Assembly (NCBI RefSeq): GCF_011386835.1
Contig: NC_088808.1
Coordinates: 21,204,001 to 21,268,000, forward strand
Direction of reading: 5' to 3'
DNA from: Chrysemys picta bellii
Taxonomy: Eukaryota
Length of the DNA stretch: 64,000 nucleotides
Below are positions 1-13,900 of the stretch, piece by piece. Position 1 is the stretch's first letter. Every line of letters begins with the position of its first letter. Position numbers and translations under genes: made by a program. The notes beneath the pieces were generated by a model. That model was not told where the DNA came from, made no database searches, and was given only the letters and a program-made list of their open reading frames with translations.

Positions 1-227
1 TAAATCACATTTAGTTTAGCAAGCTAATGTTATAACGATTTTGGACACACTTTTGGAGCTATTTGATTTTGCAAAATAAATTGAAGAGTTCAGTGAGATA
101 TTGTAATTCCTGAGTTTGGTAATTCCCAAGTTCCCTGCGCCTTAAAATGTACTGAATAGTCTCACATGGAAGCCACCGTAAAATTGGTCTAAAATAGTAC
201 CTGTTGCCAACTTCTATCTTTGTGCAG

Positions 228-343
228 GCAAAAGAAGTGGAGAAGTCATACCCCGGCAGCTCCTGTGAATAGCAGACTATCCATGCAGGCCCAGGACTTG
301 GTATCAGAGGCCTCCAAAAATGCTGCAGTCCCCTTAGAGAGAG
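228..343 (+). CDS. Internal coding exon of an unidentified gene entering from the left edge
   Basis: Acceptor ctttgtgcag|G, open frame QKKWRSHTPAAPVNSRLSMQAQDLVSEASKNAAVPLER, donor AG|gtttgt. An alternative phase-0 donor TTG|gtatca lies at 300. Confidence 0.45.
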
Positions 344-1531
344 GTTTGTCCAGTTGCTTTTCAAAATAAGATTTCTTCATCACCTTGGGAATATGGGGGC
401 CAAATGAGGGACGTAGAATGATTGCTAAGCAGTGTCCATGAGTTAAAAACAGAGCAAGCTCTGAGCAGAGGCGACATGCAGTTCTCTTTAATAAATAAAG
501 TCTTTGCCAGCCTGGTGGTCTAATGGCGACATTACAGGGCTCTGACTGATGCTCGGCCCGAACAGTCACTGAGAAATGCTTGGTTTGTTTAAAGCGGACT
601 CTTGCCGACCCCGTGTTCTAGAGTTCCACCTCAGCTCTTACCTCATGTGGGCTCTCACCCACGTACAGCAGCTTTGCAGCCCCACGGGTGGAAGCTGGAG
701 TGTAGACACAGGACAGGTGGGTTCAGGTATTTTTACCGCTGACACACCTAGCCCTGTCATGAGCCCGGTTAGCCAACACAGTGATAAAAATACCTGCAGT
801 CCGTCTACACTACAGTTACCACTGGCAGAGCTGAACCCACTGGGAGTTGACAGGTGTATAAAACCTTTGTGTAAATGTAGCAAGGACAGGAGCAGCACAA
901 TTCTGTTAATATGGCGATGATATAGTTCAGTCCCATCTGCACAGTTAAGACCAAGCATTGTTCTAACGCGGCCCAGGTGCAACAATATTGTAACCCAGGG
1001 CTTTGTCACGCAGGCCCCAATAAGTGCACAACTGTGCAATGTGTTTCCTTTAGTCTTGAAAGCTTTGCACCAATTTCCCATTAAATTGCACACTGCTTTT
1101 CTAATTCTTCTTTTGACTTCAGTCAAACAGCATCTGGCCCTTTGTAGGTAAACTTTGTACAGTTGGTTGATCCATTCGGGAAACTAGAACAAACAGCTTC
1201 TGCTAGCAAGTTGCAAGCTTTGGATACATTGACACTATTTACTTTTGGTTGCTGTAGATTTTAAGCCCAGAACAGTGTAACTGGTGTATAAATATCAAAT
1301 GAAACATGTTGTTTTTCTTCTGAGGAACTTTCAGCTAAAATGAATTTGAGACAGATGTCTAAGCTGTGCCGTGCTTCAGCAATGTTAGCTGTCTCCTGTA
1401 GATGCCGCTTTATAGAATCAGTGTTTCCTAAAATGATTTCAAATGTATTTGCTGTGCTAACCTCATTTCCTTCTCCTTCAGCTCCTCATTATTAATGTAA
1501 TAACTAACTGGCTCTATAGTTTTATTTTTAG

Positions 1532-1664
1532 CTTCAGGTAAGGATCATGTTAGTGCTAAAAAAGAATGACCCAGTTAGATATTTGGCTGTTGCCGAAGAG
1601 CAAGCTTTGGATGCAGGTTCTCTACATCAGCTGTTTCCAGACCTAGAGCAGTTAAATTTTCAAG
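1532..1664 (+). CDS. Penultimate coding exon of the unidentified gene
   Basis: Acceptor ttatttttag|, frame ...KNDPVRYLAVAEEQALDAGSLHQLFPDLEQLNFQ, donor CAAG|gtagga (phase 1), which matches the next exon. Confidence 0.6.
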
Positions 1665-2339
1665 GTAGGATCATTATGGTTTTCCCCCCTAGTGTATTAG
1701 CTTGTTTTTTCTGATCCCTTGCTAGTTAGGACCAGACCTAATTAAACTCATGTTCTGTTTCGTTCCCAGACATTATAGCTAAATGCTAGTTTTAGCAATA
1801 CTCTGCATGTGTAGAGTACCTTTCAGTGGCTCTCAGACACCTCTGTATTGATACAGATTAGGGACTTGAGGCATAGAGACTTGTCCAACAACACTGGATA
1901 AGCCAATGGGAAAGTAGAATCCAAGCATCTTCCCTGCTCTAACCACTACATTTTGTTCATCCCATAAGATGTCCTTGGGTAGAACTGGTACTCGTTTAAC
2001 AGGAAGCAACAGGCTGTTCTGGAGGGGGTAGTGACATTAACAGCACTTTTAATTTCTTACTGGGTTTGTTTAACCAAAAGGACAGCAGTTTAACTTTACC
2101 CACATTGACAGTCTTGCAATAAATCCATATGTTTGCTTGTAATACCACTATCAAAAAAGTGATTGCCTTTGGAGCTTTTTACTCTCATAATTAAAGTATA
2201 GTTAGAATCTTTTTATATAACTATACATAAAACATAATTACTGTATAAAATTAGTACTCATAAAAGTGAGAGTAGCTACACAGCCAGAGATAGGTCAAAT
2301 GTTACCTACGCTGCTCTGACGGGTGCCTACAATTTTTAG

Positions 2340-2485
2340 TCCTAGGCGTCTACTGCCTAAAGACAGACAATTCTGCCAAATTGAATAGTGGTTTTGTAAC
2401 GTGGAGTAGCATAGAACCACTTTGCTCACTCATACTGACTTGTGACCTGCACTGGGATTTGAAGCAACATCTCTGGAAAGAGTAG
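2340..2485 (+). CDS. Terminal coding exon of the unidentified gene
   Basis: Acceptor aatttttag|, phase-1 start, (V)LGVYCLKTDNSAKLNSGFVTWSSIEPLCSLILTCDLHWDLKQHLWKE*, stop TAG at 2483-2485. Confidence 0.6.
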
Positions 2486-5250
2486 AGTGAATCAGCAATC
2501 CCATTTGGAGTGAGTGAAAGGAATAATATTGCTAATTTAAAGTATTTCAGCTTCACTTTGATTCACTTTCAGGTGTATAATACTTATGCCACCTTGGAAA
2601 GAGTCGTTGAACGTCATTAAGTAAAGCACTCTGACATGCAAGATATTAATACAGACCCTTGTGATGCAGCATAGTTCATAAAAATCTTCAGAGTACAACA
2701 CACAGCCACAAATATTTTCAGTCCGCATAAAACAAACCCAGCTTGGTTCTTAAGAGCTACAAACATTGAGATTCATGGTTCTTTTGGATGAAAATTAGCA
2801 GAAATTCTCTTGAGCCTGAATAGATTGGTTTTCCATCTCGAAAAATCACACCAAACCAGTCGAGTCGCTGCACAGAGAAGATATCTGCTCTTGGGAGCCT
2901 AACGGCCATTCCCTTTCAGCTTGTCCTTCTGGGTCCCACTGTACCGATGTGTCCCATGGAACTGAGGTGTGTGTAAGGGCACTATTGCCCTCTCGTGGGC
3001 TGACGATGCCAGGGCTGCTCAGCTGCTAATCAGTTTCCTTGACTGTTCTGTGGCTTAGCTGCCCAAGTAGAGGCCTATGTTTTGGAAACCCACTCTCCTG
3101 AGTGTGTGCATGTGCAGCCAGCCACCAGCGGTGGGCGCTGTATTGCACGCAGCCAGCGTTCATTATACTCAGAGTTGAGTCACTGTAGGACAATCGTTTT
3201 TGGAACGGATCGCTGTAAACTGGGTGAATCGTTCACAGCCGTTTACTGGATTCACATGCTGTCCACCATAGCGATGGCACGAGCTTGTTCTGACTTCTGC
3301 GGGCTCCATTATGCATTAAAGCCACACTAAAGGGTTAGTGGCGGAGCAGCTAGTATTTCTGCTGCGGCAATGAAAGCAGGGTTCTTGCTGGCATAGTTCC
3401 CTGCTCTGTAATGAAGCCACTTCAGATGAAACCCCCTCGGGAATTCAGCGTCCCGAGGGCCTGGGAGCAACATGAGCCGTTTTACAGCCTGCTGGAAGAA
3501 CTTGCTCTGCCCTCTCCGCTGCAGGAACAGTCGCCCCTCCTGAGGGCAACACCCCAGAGGTAACTAACCCCTTCTCAGCACGCCTCTGAATCCGCTAGAC
3601 AGGAGGATTTGCTGCCCTTCAACCCAGCAGCAGGCTTGAGGAAATCTGCTCTTTGTGGACTGATGCCCCCAGTGCTAAACGTCAGGTGCACACATGAATA
3701 TCCAGGTAAAGCATCAAGACCACGTGCTCTTAGCCCTCTCCCCTGCGTTAGGCACTGTTTCCTGAACCTAGCTCAGCAAACACTGGGCCCCATCCTGAGA
3801 GATGCTGAGCACCGGCTGCAAGGTGCCAACACCCTCAGCAGCCACTGAGATCAGCAGGAGCTGAAGGAGCCCAACCCCTTCCAGAATCACGCCCACCTTT
3901 TTGTTTGAAGAACTAATCCTGGCATCACCGTAGCTTTAAGAGTCTTTAAACTGATGAAGTATCAGAAGGCGACAAGCTGCCACTTACAGCGTTTCTCAAA
4001 GGTGGCCTTCTCTGCAGGAGGCCACCAGAGGCTTTTCTTGTGGCCACAGCCTCCTGGGTGGTTACTGGGGGGGGGGGGGCAAAGCAGGGGCCCCTCTCTG
4101 GAGAGACAGAAGAAGGGAAGCAGGCAGCCTGTAACATGGCCAGTGTAGACATACCCTTAATAGCTAGCAAGTCTTAAAAAACAAAAAAAAACAACCAACA
4201 AAGCAAAAGAAACTATAAGAAAAAAGACAAGAACATGCAAAAAACCTTATTTGTGTTTTTATTTTGTTTAGGTCCAGCAAAGAATAGAGACAACTGCCCA
4301 TTCTTTTTATTATTGAGTCTGCAAAAATAAATCCTACAGCAATAAATTACAATTATTTGAACATGTCTAGGTGCATGTTCATTTGTTTTTCCTAAAGTTA
4401 ATTAAGTATTTTAAGAAAAATTGTCAGAGTGGCTACCAGCTCTTGCTTTGAGGCCACCAAAAACATTGTTGTGAGAACCCTTGCACTAGAACTCTCCTAA
4501 GAGAGAGGCCTCTGCCCTCCCCCCGCCCAGTGAACTTAGTGCCCGTGACAGCTATGAGTAGACCCAGGGCAACAGTATCAACCAACACAGCCCTGCTCCA
4601 TCCCTTCTGGAAAGGGGTTGTGGATCTGGCCCTCTGACTTTACTTACAACTGATCACAGCCACATAAAATGTGATTGTGATTGTGTTTCAGATCGCAGTC
4701 CAAGTGTGAAATACCTTGCACCAAGCCTGAGCCATGCACCGAGACATGTTGGTGCAGCATTCCTTGTATCGACGCTGAGCCAGGGTGGGGTGAAAAAGGC
4801 ACAGCTCTCCGCCGGGCTAGTGTGGAGCATAGAGACGGTGAGGCTAATATCTGAACTCTCAAGAGCCAGATTTCGATTACGGTTACACCAGGTTCACTCC
4901 ATGCAAACCGGCTGCTCTGGCTTCACACGGACACCGCAGAGATGTAGTGCATTGTGGGGTGCACAGGGGCCTCCCCAACCGGAGTAGAGCCAATGTCGCT
5001 AACTGTATGCCACCCCCCAGTGCACAGCTGGGGCATTCCTACATCCTAGCTGCCAGAGAGCCCCCAGGGGCTAGTGCATCTGAGGCACAAAGACAGCAGT
5101 CGCTGAAGCTGCTTTCTGTCCCCCCGTACCCCCAGGATGAGGGAGTGGCATTGTCTTCTCCCCTCCATCCCTGCACTAGACTTAGCACCAATAGAGGGGT
5201 TCATTCTCTGGGTCTGCCCTCTGGTTGAGCTCTCTGTGGTTTGGTTACTA

Positions 5251-5589
5251 CAGGGGGTGCCCGGTATACGTCGGGGTTGCGTTCCTGAAAAGGGCAATGG
5301 ATACTGAAACGACAGATACTGGGCAATTTTTCCCCGTAAGAAATAGTGCCCCCCCTTCCCGCCCCGCCTCTTTCCGCCCCGTTCCACCCCCGCCTCTGAG
5401 CGCACCCTGTCCCTGCTCCTCCTTCTCCCCCTCCCTCCCAGCACCTCCTGCACACTGGGGGAAGCACCCAAAGAAAAGCCACGCAAAAGGTGAAGCGACG
5501 GATATATGATTCGGAACACGTTCCCCTATTGATGAGCAATGAATAGGCGAGACGACAGATAAGGGGAGACGTATACCAGGGACCCCCAG
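5251..5589. mobile_element. Tc1/mariner (Tigger-like) MITE
   Basis: Imperfect TIRs CAGGGGGTGCCCGGTATACGTC / GACGTATACCAGGGACCCCCAG with TA on both flanks; GC-rich interior. Confidence 0.75.
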
Positions 5590-7841
5590 TATAGCTAATA
5601 ATGGTACATGATCACAATATTGCTGCCACCTAACTGGAGTTTCAATGTCCGCTTCCAGAACTGGGGTTCACATTGGCATCAGGAAGTGAGCAGCTTTCCA
5701 GAAACTAACCTCATTCATTTACTACTGCAGCCCAACTCAACTCCGCATAGCAGCCAGCAGGATTAATCCAGGGTTCGGGACAGATCCTGACCCTTTCTTT
5801 AAGGACCGATACGATAATCGAATGGGAAACTGCATAGCCCAATGCAGCCCTGCACACCCGGCTTCTCAGGAAGATAGAGATGGATTTCCCAGCTGTGTTT
5901 ACATTTGAAATATAACCGGGCTAAGGCACAATGGAAGCCCAGGTCACAGGGTTCCCGTTAGACGTCGCTTGTCCACAGAAGGTTGGTGAAACACGTTCTG
6001 TGGCACGTGCTTGCAGCTTTCGGAGAAGGGTCAAAGAGGAGTTCGTTTTGTAAAACGTTCTGAAGGCGAAGAGCAAAGCTGTGATAATAAAGAAACAGCC
6101 TCCCTCTAGTTCAAACAAGTAGGTCATCCCCTCACCCTGGCTGTCCAACTAGGTTATGCCTCATGCAGGGTGGCAGGGACAGTGTTTTTTCATTTCTATG
6201 TATGGGAAGAGAAATAGATAAACCTGTGGGAGGTAACAGTGAGGATGAGTCAGAGGCAGCAGGGAAGGAGTGAAAGTAATTTTCTGGGGAGCTAATTAAT
6301 GCTGTTGGAAAATGCAGATTTCGAGCATGCCTCAGTTCTTTGGAACTGAATAACTATTCAGATAGGGATGGTTTCATTAACCTCACTAATTCTGGTGTAA
6401 TTAATTCCTGTGGGGGTTTATGGTGAAGCTTACCCAGATACCATATTGTCCTTTCTCCTCTCACAAGGAAGGAGCTAGTGTCTGACCATCGTGTTTGACG
6501 GGAGAAAGACGTGCCAGTCTCGTGCAAAGGGATTGGCGGGGGGGAGGGAGAATGGGGGGTCAGATGAGCTCTTGGCTCGAATAGCAGTACAAAGCTTTCC
6601 ACTAACTCTGAGCTTAATGCTGAGGCTTTGCTAGAAGGGAAGGCCAGCGGAACTGTTCCTTAGCTGGGCTCAGCGGGGCTTCCGATTTCAGCTAACTAAT
6701 GAGTGCAGCAGCGATCCAAGGAGATCTTTTCCGCCTCCCTAGGCACATGTTTTACAACATGAATTTCCAAAGCACCATTTACCTGCAGCGTGTCATTGAA
6801 GGAGAATGGGGGACAGGAAGCTCATATTTCTCCTGAGAGAGGAAGATTTGTTTCCTCAAAGTCATACTCCATGCCTGGACAGCAGCCTGGGGCATTCAGT
6901 CAGGTTAATCATGTCCACGAAAGTGACAGTGAAGCAGGTAGAGATTTTCTGTAGGGAGAAAAACCTCTGCCGCGGTCCCTGCACCAGTTCCACGCTGGGC
7001 CAATACTGCAAGGTTAGCCTCCCCCTGCTACACATTATCCAGCAGCCCCCACCCGGCAGGGACATGTATAGAGAGATGGATAGATATTCGCACACACTGG
7101 TAGTGATACATTAGGTTTTTGTTCCTGAAACATCTCCCTGCTTTTAAAAAAATCTGGCTCTTTGCGGAATCAGAATAGCGTTGAACCATAATAAAGCCAA
7201 GCGTGTTAAATAGCTGTTTGTATAAAAAGCACGAGGGGACATTTTTCCTTGTAAAAATTAAACAGAAGAGAAGAGGGGTGGGGGGAGGGGGCTCTTGAAG
7301 CGCTCCAGTCGGTATTATTTATTAGTTGTATCACAGTAGCACCAAGAGGCCCATGCCAAGATCAGGGGTTCCAACAGATAAGATGCTGAAGAGAAATTAA
7401 GTAACTTGACCGAGATCACACCAGAAAATTGTGGCAGAGCTGGGAACCAAGCCCAGAACTTGAGGACCAAGTCCAGAGCTTTAACCACGTGGCTCTTCTT
7501 CCTACCAAACAGCTACACTCCATACATGAGGAGATACACTGCAAAGGAAACTGCTAACACCACATCCTGGCATGATGATCAAAGCATGAACTCTTTAAAT
7601 GGAGGTTCACATTCAGATAACAAGATGACCCTGTGCTCTACAGTCCCCATGCATAAACTCCCCAGGTCTTATGGAATTTGCATAAGCACAAAAGGATTAA
7701 GTAAGGTACCATCCCATTCCCCATCTTATCCACTCTGCTGCTGCTCCCTTTCCTCCTCTCCGGCTTACACTACATCCCACAAAACCAGACTTCATCGTTA
7801 GTGTTCAGTGCAGCACAGGATGGTTGGAAAGTTCTCAGCTC

Positions 7842-7908
7842 CTAGATGGTCATTTTCAGCACAGCCACACCTCCACCAGCATGACTGGTCTTGGTATTTC
7901 CAAAGGGT
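7842..7908 (-). CDS. Kelch gene terminal exon
   Basis: Acceptor ttcttgttgcag|, (R)[21 protein letters not shown]; resembles the KLHL20 C-terminus GGGVGVIKMT. Confidence 0.85.
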
Positions 7909-10900
7909 CTGCAACAAGAAGAGGCCATAGGATATTACAGACTCTCTATTCAAGAACCTACGGGCCAGATCCTCAACCTGTGTAAAGTGAGAAACCTCAG
8001 CTCAGGTCAATGGAGCCGGGACTAGTCACAGCAACCGAGGACCTGGGCCTTCAGCGAGAATGGCACTCTCTGCTTGCTGTGATTTGTTCTGGGCAGCTAT
8101 TGAAATACGTGGCTCATGTCTGATTATTTCCCAAATTGGTTACAAAGTCCCTCACCTGAAACGTACTTTTCAGCTATGTGTTTTATCACAATCAACGTGG
8201 TGTCAAGGTGATGGTACGTCTGTCCTAAAACAGATTGCATCATTGTAATGTAGTGAGTCAGGATGGTGCTTCTATCTCACCCCGTTTTAAATGACCACTG
8301 GTGGCAAGGCCACGTTCCCATGCAGCTCACGTTTATGAGAGTTCATATTTGGCCCTTATAAGTAGCATCCAAAAACGGCTGCACTGCGCCAGGCTGTTCC
8401 CGTGAGTGGGACCCCAGAAAGGCCCACAGAGCGATGGCACACGGAGCGTGAAGCTTCCTCCAACGGCTGCAAGGGTCCACCTGGAACAAGGCTGAGGCCC
8501 ACTGGCGGGATGGTGTGCTGGGGAACCCTATGTGCCACTGCCCGTGCTGTACCTGTTCTGCACAGAGAAGACTCCAGGGTTCTTGTATTACGTGTCTTTC
8601 ATGACCACTAAAAATAATGACCCATGTGCATCGTGGGACTATTTTAAAATCCAGCGTGGATCCAACCAGCTCCAGATAGTTAATTAGTTTATTTGGAGCT
8701 AGTGTTGGGCCAGCTACAGGCTGTAATTAATTTTTTAATCTGTGGGTTGCAGGGTCATTAACCCCCGGGGTTTCTGGAGTGATTCAGATTAACAAACCCA
8801 GGCTGTAAATGCAATTGAGTGCATGCAAGGGCAGTTAATTGAGTAGCAAAGGCTGATTAAATAATCAATGCGGCATCGATTTACCTCCACTTGTTGGCAT
8901 CCAGGTCAAATCCTTCCACAGTGGTAACGTGCGTGACACCGTCGAACCCCCCGATGGCCAGTAGGTATCCATTGGCTGCAGCAGCTTTCACCTAAACACA
9001 GATCCATGGGTTTCAGAAATGAGGATGAAAGGAACAAATCAGGAGGGGCTTAAAACTAATCTGATCTCATGGGCTGAAGAGCTCTAGAATATTTTCACAC
9101 TGTGAGCAACAATAAATGGAAAGGGAGGGGACGAGACCCTGAAAACTGGGCTGTTTCCATCCTTAGAGACTCTTACAGCTGTTGATCTTCCGCATTACGA
9201 TTGTCAGTGCTGTGCCCAGGATCAGCATAGCAACGCGCTCTGGCTCTCTTGGTATCTTCGAGCCTCTCTGCCCGGAAAGAAAAGACATCATCCAAAAGCA
9301 GGCTTGGCAATTTGAAAAGGAAAACAAAACAGGCTTGGCATTTGCTAGGAGTAAATGGAGTTTAATATCCCAAACCAGTCAGCTCATGGAAAAAGGCACG
9401 GAAGTGACAAGGGCAGGGATTGGGATGGAGGAAAAGGGGCAGAATCTACTCGAAATCTGCCCACAGTGCCCGTGTAATCTGACATCTCTATTAAGATGAT
9501 CAGCAGTGAAATCGTTAACATCAGAACTACTGGCATTCAACTCCCTTGAGCAGAATAGGGCCGTTCATCCATCTCTTAGCACGGATATATCTAGTTGCAA
9601 CCTCAGCAAAGCAACCCTGCTTCTTCACAGACAGGTGGGCAGACCCTCTTGGGTCTGAAAAGGGAAGCTTAAATTCTGCAGAAGCTGATGAGAAGCCACC
9701 AGACAGTACCACTGAATGCCTGCCCAGCCCATCTTCTGATGACCCCGGATGCAGAGATGCCTCTTCCCTTCCCACCCCTCACTTTTCAGGGTTTTTTTTT
9801 TTAGATAATCAAATTCCAGCCGTTGTGTAGCTCTGTAATTGCAAAGAGGTTATGCTTCTTCGAAGGTGGCACTTTCAAACACAATTAACATGCAACTAGC
9901 CGAGAACGCTCAGAACGCGCTCATGAGGGTGATGCCGTGCCTATTTTCAGAACGACAAAGCCTCTCATCTTCGCTACAATACATTAATCAGAGTTCGTTT
10001 TACTTCATCATTGCATATGTTGCCATCAGCAGGGGAAGGGCAGAAGAGAAAATACACAGGAACAAATATCCTTTCCCCAGCAGGAAGAAAACCTCAAAGT
10101 AACCTCATTTGGCTGAGGTAACTAATACAAAAGAAATTTATAAATAATTAAACTCACAATATTTCTTGCTGCTTCTTCCTGGGCACTGTAATCCACACCC
10201 AACTCTTCAGTTGCATTTCCCATTGGGAACACATCCTACCTGCCCTCTGTGTCCCAAACTGGCTGACCATTGATCTCTGAATGAAATTTGAGAACTTGGG
10301 GTTTATCTGCACCCTGAATTATTTGGGTCCAGGTTACCTGAGCTACCATGTCTCCAAATTCAATGAGAGATGAGAAGGTGCTCTTGGTGAGGGGCAACCA
10401 ACTCTGGAATTCATTCCTCCAGCCCCCTTGGTATACAGACCAGATCTGGAGACCTTCAGATCATGCTGCACACCCTGTCTGTTTCCCCAGCCTTTTCCTG
10501 AGGAGGAGGGTATGTCTGGCAGGGTGGATGGAGGAGGAGGGGCGTCGGAGTTGGGTGACATTGATCCAGTTTTGTGTCTGTCTTCTTGTGTTAGTATTAC
10601 AATCGAATGGGCTGGAAACAGAGGTTCTGACTTTCTGTGTGGTCCTGAGCAAGTCAGTTCCCTGCTCTGTGCCTTGGTTTCTCCATCTGTTGCACTTAGG
10701 TTCCTATACTGTCCCATCACTGTGATGTGGGAGGAATAATGAACTAGACCCCATGGTAAAGCTCTACAGGACCCTTGGATGGAAGCTTGAGGCATGTAAA
10801 AGACTGTTCGCATGAAATACCTTATTCCTCTTTGATTTCATGGGCATCATCGGTGACCATTCATTGGTGACTGGATCGAACCGCTCAGCGCTACAGAGCT

Positions 10901-13900
10901 CCGTGAGGTCATCCCGGCCACCGAGAGCATAGATTTTCCCTTGGAATGTAGCACAGCCAAAATTCTCTCTGCAGGTGCCCAAGGGAGGGCAAGAGGACCA
11001 TGAATCCTCCTCAGGATTGTAACGTTCCACTGGGAGAGAAACCAGAAGAATCCTGGGTTCTAATCCCACCTCTGACCCTTGTGACCCTTTGGTAAATCTT
11101 GGATTTACTTCTGTGAGTTTGGGCCAATCGCTCCGTGCCTCAGTTTCCCCTGTATCCAACAGGGAAAATAAAACTCGCCTACCTCACAGGGGTGCTGTGA
11201 GGGCTGAGTCAATAATGGCTGCAAAATGCTTTGAAGATTAAAAGCACCCAATTGCTGAGCTTTGTTACTGATACACGAGAAGTTAATAAAAAAATTTCAC
11301 ACCCCCATGGATCAGACAGCCAGGAGGCTGCCCATCTTGGCCTTAGTTAATTGGATTGAACAGTGGAAAGGATTCATAATTGGGGAGCAGCAAAGGGTGG
11401 CTGGGTCTGAGCATGGGCAACATGGAACCATTCTCTGGCTCCATGCTGGAGGTGTCACTGGAGGGAAGGTGGGGATGGCGCAGGGGGCTCTGCTTGCTTG
11501 GGACAGCTTCCTCATTCTCTCCAGATGGCAGAGGGCTCCCTCTGCTTTGGGAGGGAAGGGAAGGGAAGGGAGGCAGAGCAGTGGAGAGAATCTAACCTGC
11601 CATAGAGCCCAAGGCCGAATATATTGGTGTGGGAATCGTACACTCATCTTAGACAGGAGCTCATCTTTGTGCCAATTTCACTCTTCCGTTACCTGAATAC
11701 AGCGGAGACTGGCCATCTGAGCCACCGATAGCATAGAGGTAGCCGTCTAGCACTGCCACCCCTAAGCCTGCACGGTGGCAGGTCATGGGTGCCATCCTGC
11801 ACCACCTGTTCCCACGAGGATCATACCTAAAGCCAGGGGGAGGCAGTCAGAAGCGCGGGAGAATGCCACGGACTGTCCCAGCTACGGCACACGAGAGCTG
11901 CTTTCCGGGCTAAGTTACGAGCAGGCTGTCTGGGATTCAGCCTGTCTCTATACAAGGCTCCCTGAGAACACAACACACCCGTTTCCACGCACAACCCTTA
12001 TCAGACAAGTCCCGTTCGCCCTCCTCGGTCCTTTGGCTGGTAGATCTGGGCCCTTTCACAAATCAAAACGTGCGAACTGAGTGCTGGCGAAAGGAGTCAG
12101 ATTGAAGAGGCCTGGAGACTGAAGCCCTCCGTCTACAGAACAGGCTCCGATCAGACACTGGCAGCGCGAGCTTCGCCCGCACTCCCCCGTCCAATGCTCC
12201 GCACCCTGACAAGAGAGCAGGCCGCTGGCCATCTTGTGAATTACAAACCAGAAACCTCCAGGTCCTGGCTCCCCTGCTTGGCAGAGCCGGGGTGCCTCAT
12301 GCCTGTGGAGGGTGTCAAGGCAACATTGGCACCTCTCTCCATATTAAACAAAAGCTCTCGACCCAAGACGGCAACCTCGGTGGCTGTAACTAACCTCAGT
12401 GGTTCACTATGAATGCAGATATTGGCAGTCCTACGGAGCACAGTCCATGAAAGTGATGTGCATCCGCACACGGGTTACGATACCTTTCCACCGTGCTGAG
12501 GCATACGATCCCATCACGGCCTCCTACACAGTACAGATAGCCTCCCAGCTCCGCTATGCCCATGTCTCGTTTGCCTTCGCTCAGGGGAGCCACGTCACGT
12601 CTCCATTCCTGCGTCATGGGGTCGTACCTTGTGCAGGGCGAAGAAAGTTTTTTTGGGGTTTTTTTTTTTTTTTAAAGGTGACAAGGTGGCAAACGTCTCA
12701 CATGCCGTGCGAGGAAAGATGGGGTTAGAAACGACACATTCAAGACTAATTAGTGCCTGAGTTTGGACTCTGTTTTCAGACGGGAGCGAGTCTCTTGCAC
12801 TGACTATTCTGAGCACTGTGTAGGTGCCTGCATGGAATGGGAATTCAAGAGGAAGGATGGCCTTGGGATCAACGCCCTAGACTGGGAGATGTGAGTTCAA
12901 TTCCCAGCCCTGCCACAGACTTCCTGTGTGACCCTGGGCAAATCCCTTCAGCTCTCTGTGCCTCAGTTTTAGATCTGAAAAACAGGGTTGGTGAGAATGA
13001 CGAAATCAGTACAGCTTGCGAAGGGCTTGGGTACTGTGCTGATTGGGAGATGGTCACATGTGTACATGAAGCAGCCAGTCAGTAGGTGTCCATCTCTTTG
13101 CTATGCATACAGCAACGTTTTCCACAGGGAATGTAATGTTTGTTTTAACATGTGCTGGGTATATTGCTGTCCCTAACAGTGCATCTATAATGCAGGCAGT
13201 GTTCCCTAGTGGTCAGGCCTGGGCATATTACTTAACCTTTCTGTGCCTCAGTTTCCCCATCTGTAAAATGGGGGATATGATACTGACTTCCTTTATAAAG
13301 TGCTTTTAGATCTGCTGATGAAAAGCCCTTTACAAGAGCTAGGTGGTATTCTTTTATCAACAAAGCTCAGTTTTATTAATTTAAAAATTCTTAATTTAAG
13401 AAATGATCCTGTATTTAAAATAGGATACTTACATGGAATATAGATTTAATAGCATATGGGATGGATCTAATTTAAGGCAATGAGGAGGAAATTAGGGTGC
13501 AAAGTGGGATGCTTGGTATGTTGTTCAAATTAACATAAGAAGTAGAAAACTCTCACTGTATATCACTAGGTGGGCTGGTTTTTTGGCAAACTGATATCTC
13601 AAAAAGGAGACAGCCCATCAGGAATAAACTCACCTTAAGGGTTTTGCAGCCTTGGAAAGACAATTTAACACATTTCTCACATGCTAGCACTCTCTCAATT
13701 CAACTTATATTTAGCAATGTGTTTCAAAAGCTGAATGTAGCACTTATGGAATGAGCAGAGGGCTTACAGTAGTCTTTACCAAGCGGTAACTGGTTGTCAA
13801 CGCTGTCATTAAACTCAAGTAGTAACTACAACCACCACAGATATGAGGGAGATTCTCCATGCCCAAGAACCCTGTATGCAAAGTGCAGTTAAATGCGAGG

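Noticed and set aside
2340-2485. C-terminal LWKE suggesting FBXW2
   Set aside because: No WD40 repeats, opposite orientation to the human arrangement, and the rest of the sequence does not match the recalled FBXW2 end.
8356-8560. Alternative candidate for the Kelch terminal exon (LAAVGG in one frame)
   Set aside because: The exon at 7908-7842 gives the expected [10 protein letters not shown] end in the correct phase.
9546-9830. Acidic/Ser-rich + strand ORF ([21 protein letters not shown])
   Set aside because: No convincing donor or partner exons; antisense within a Kelch intron.
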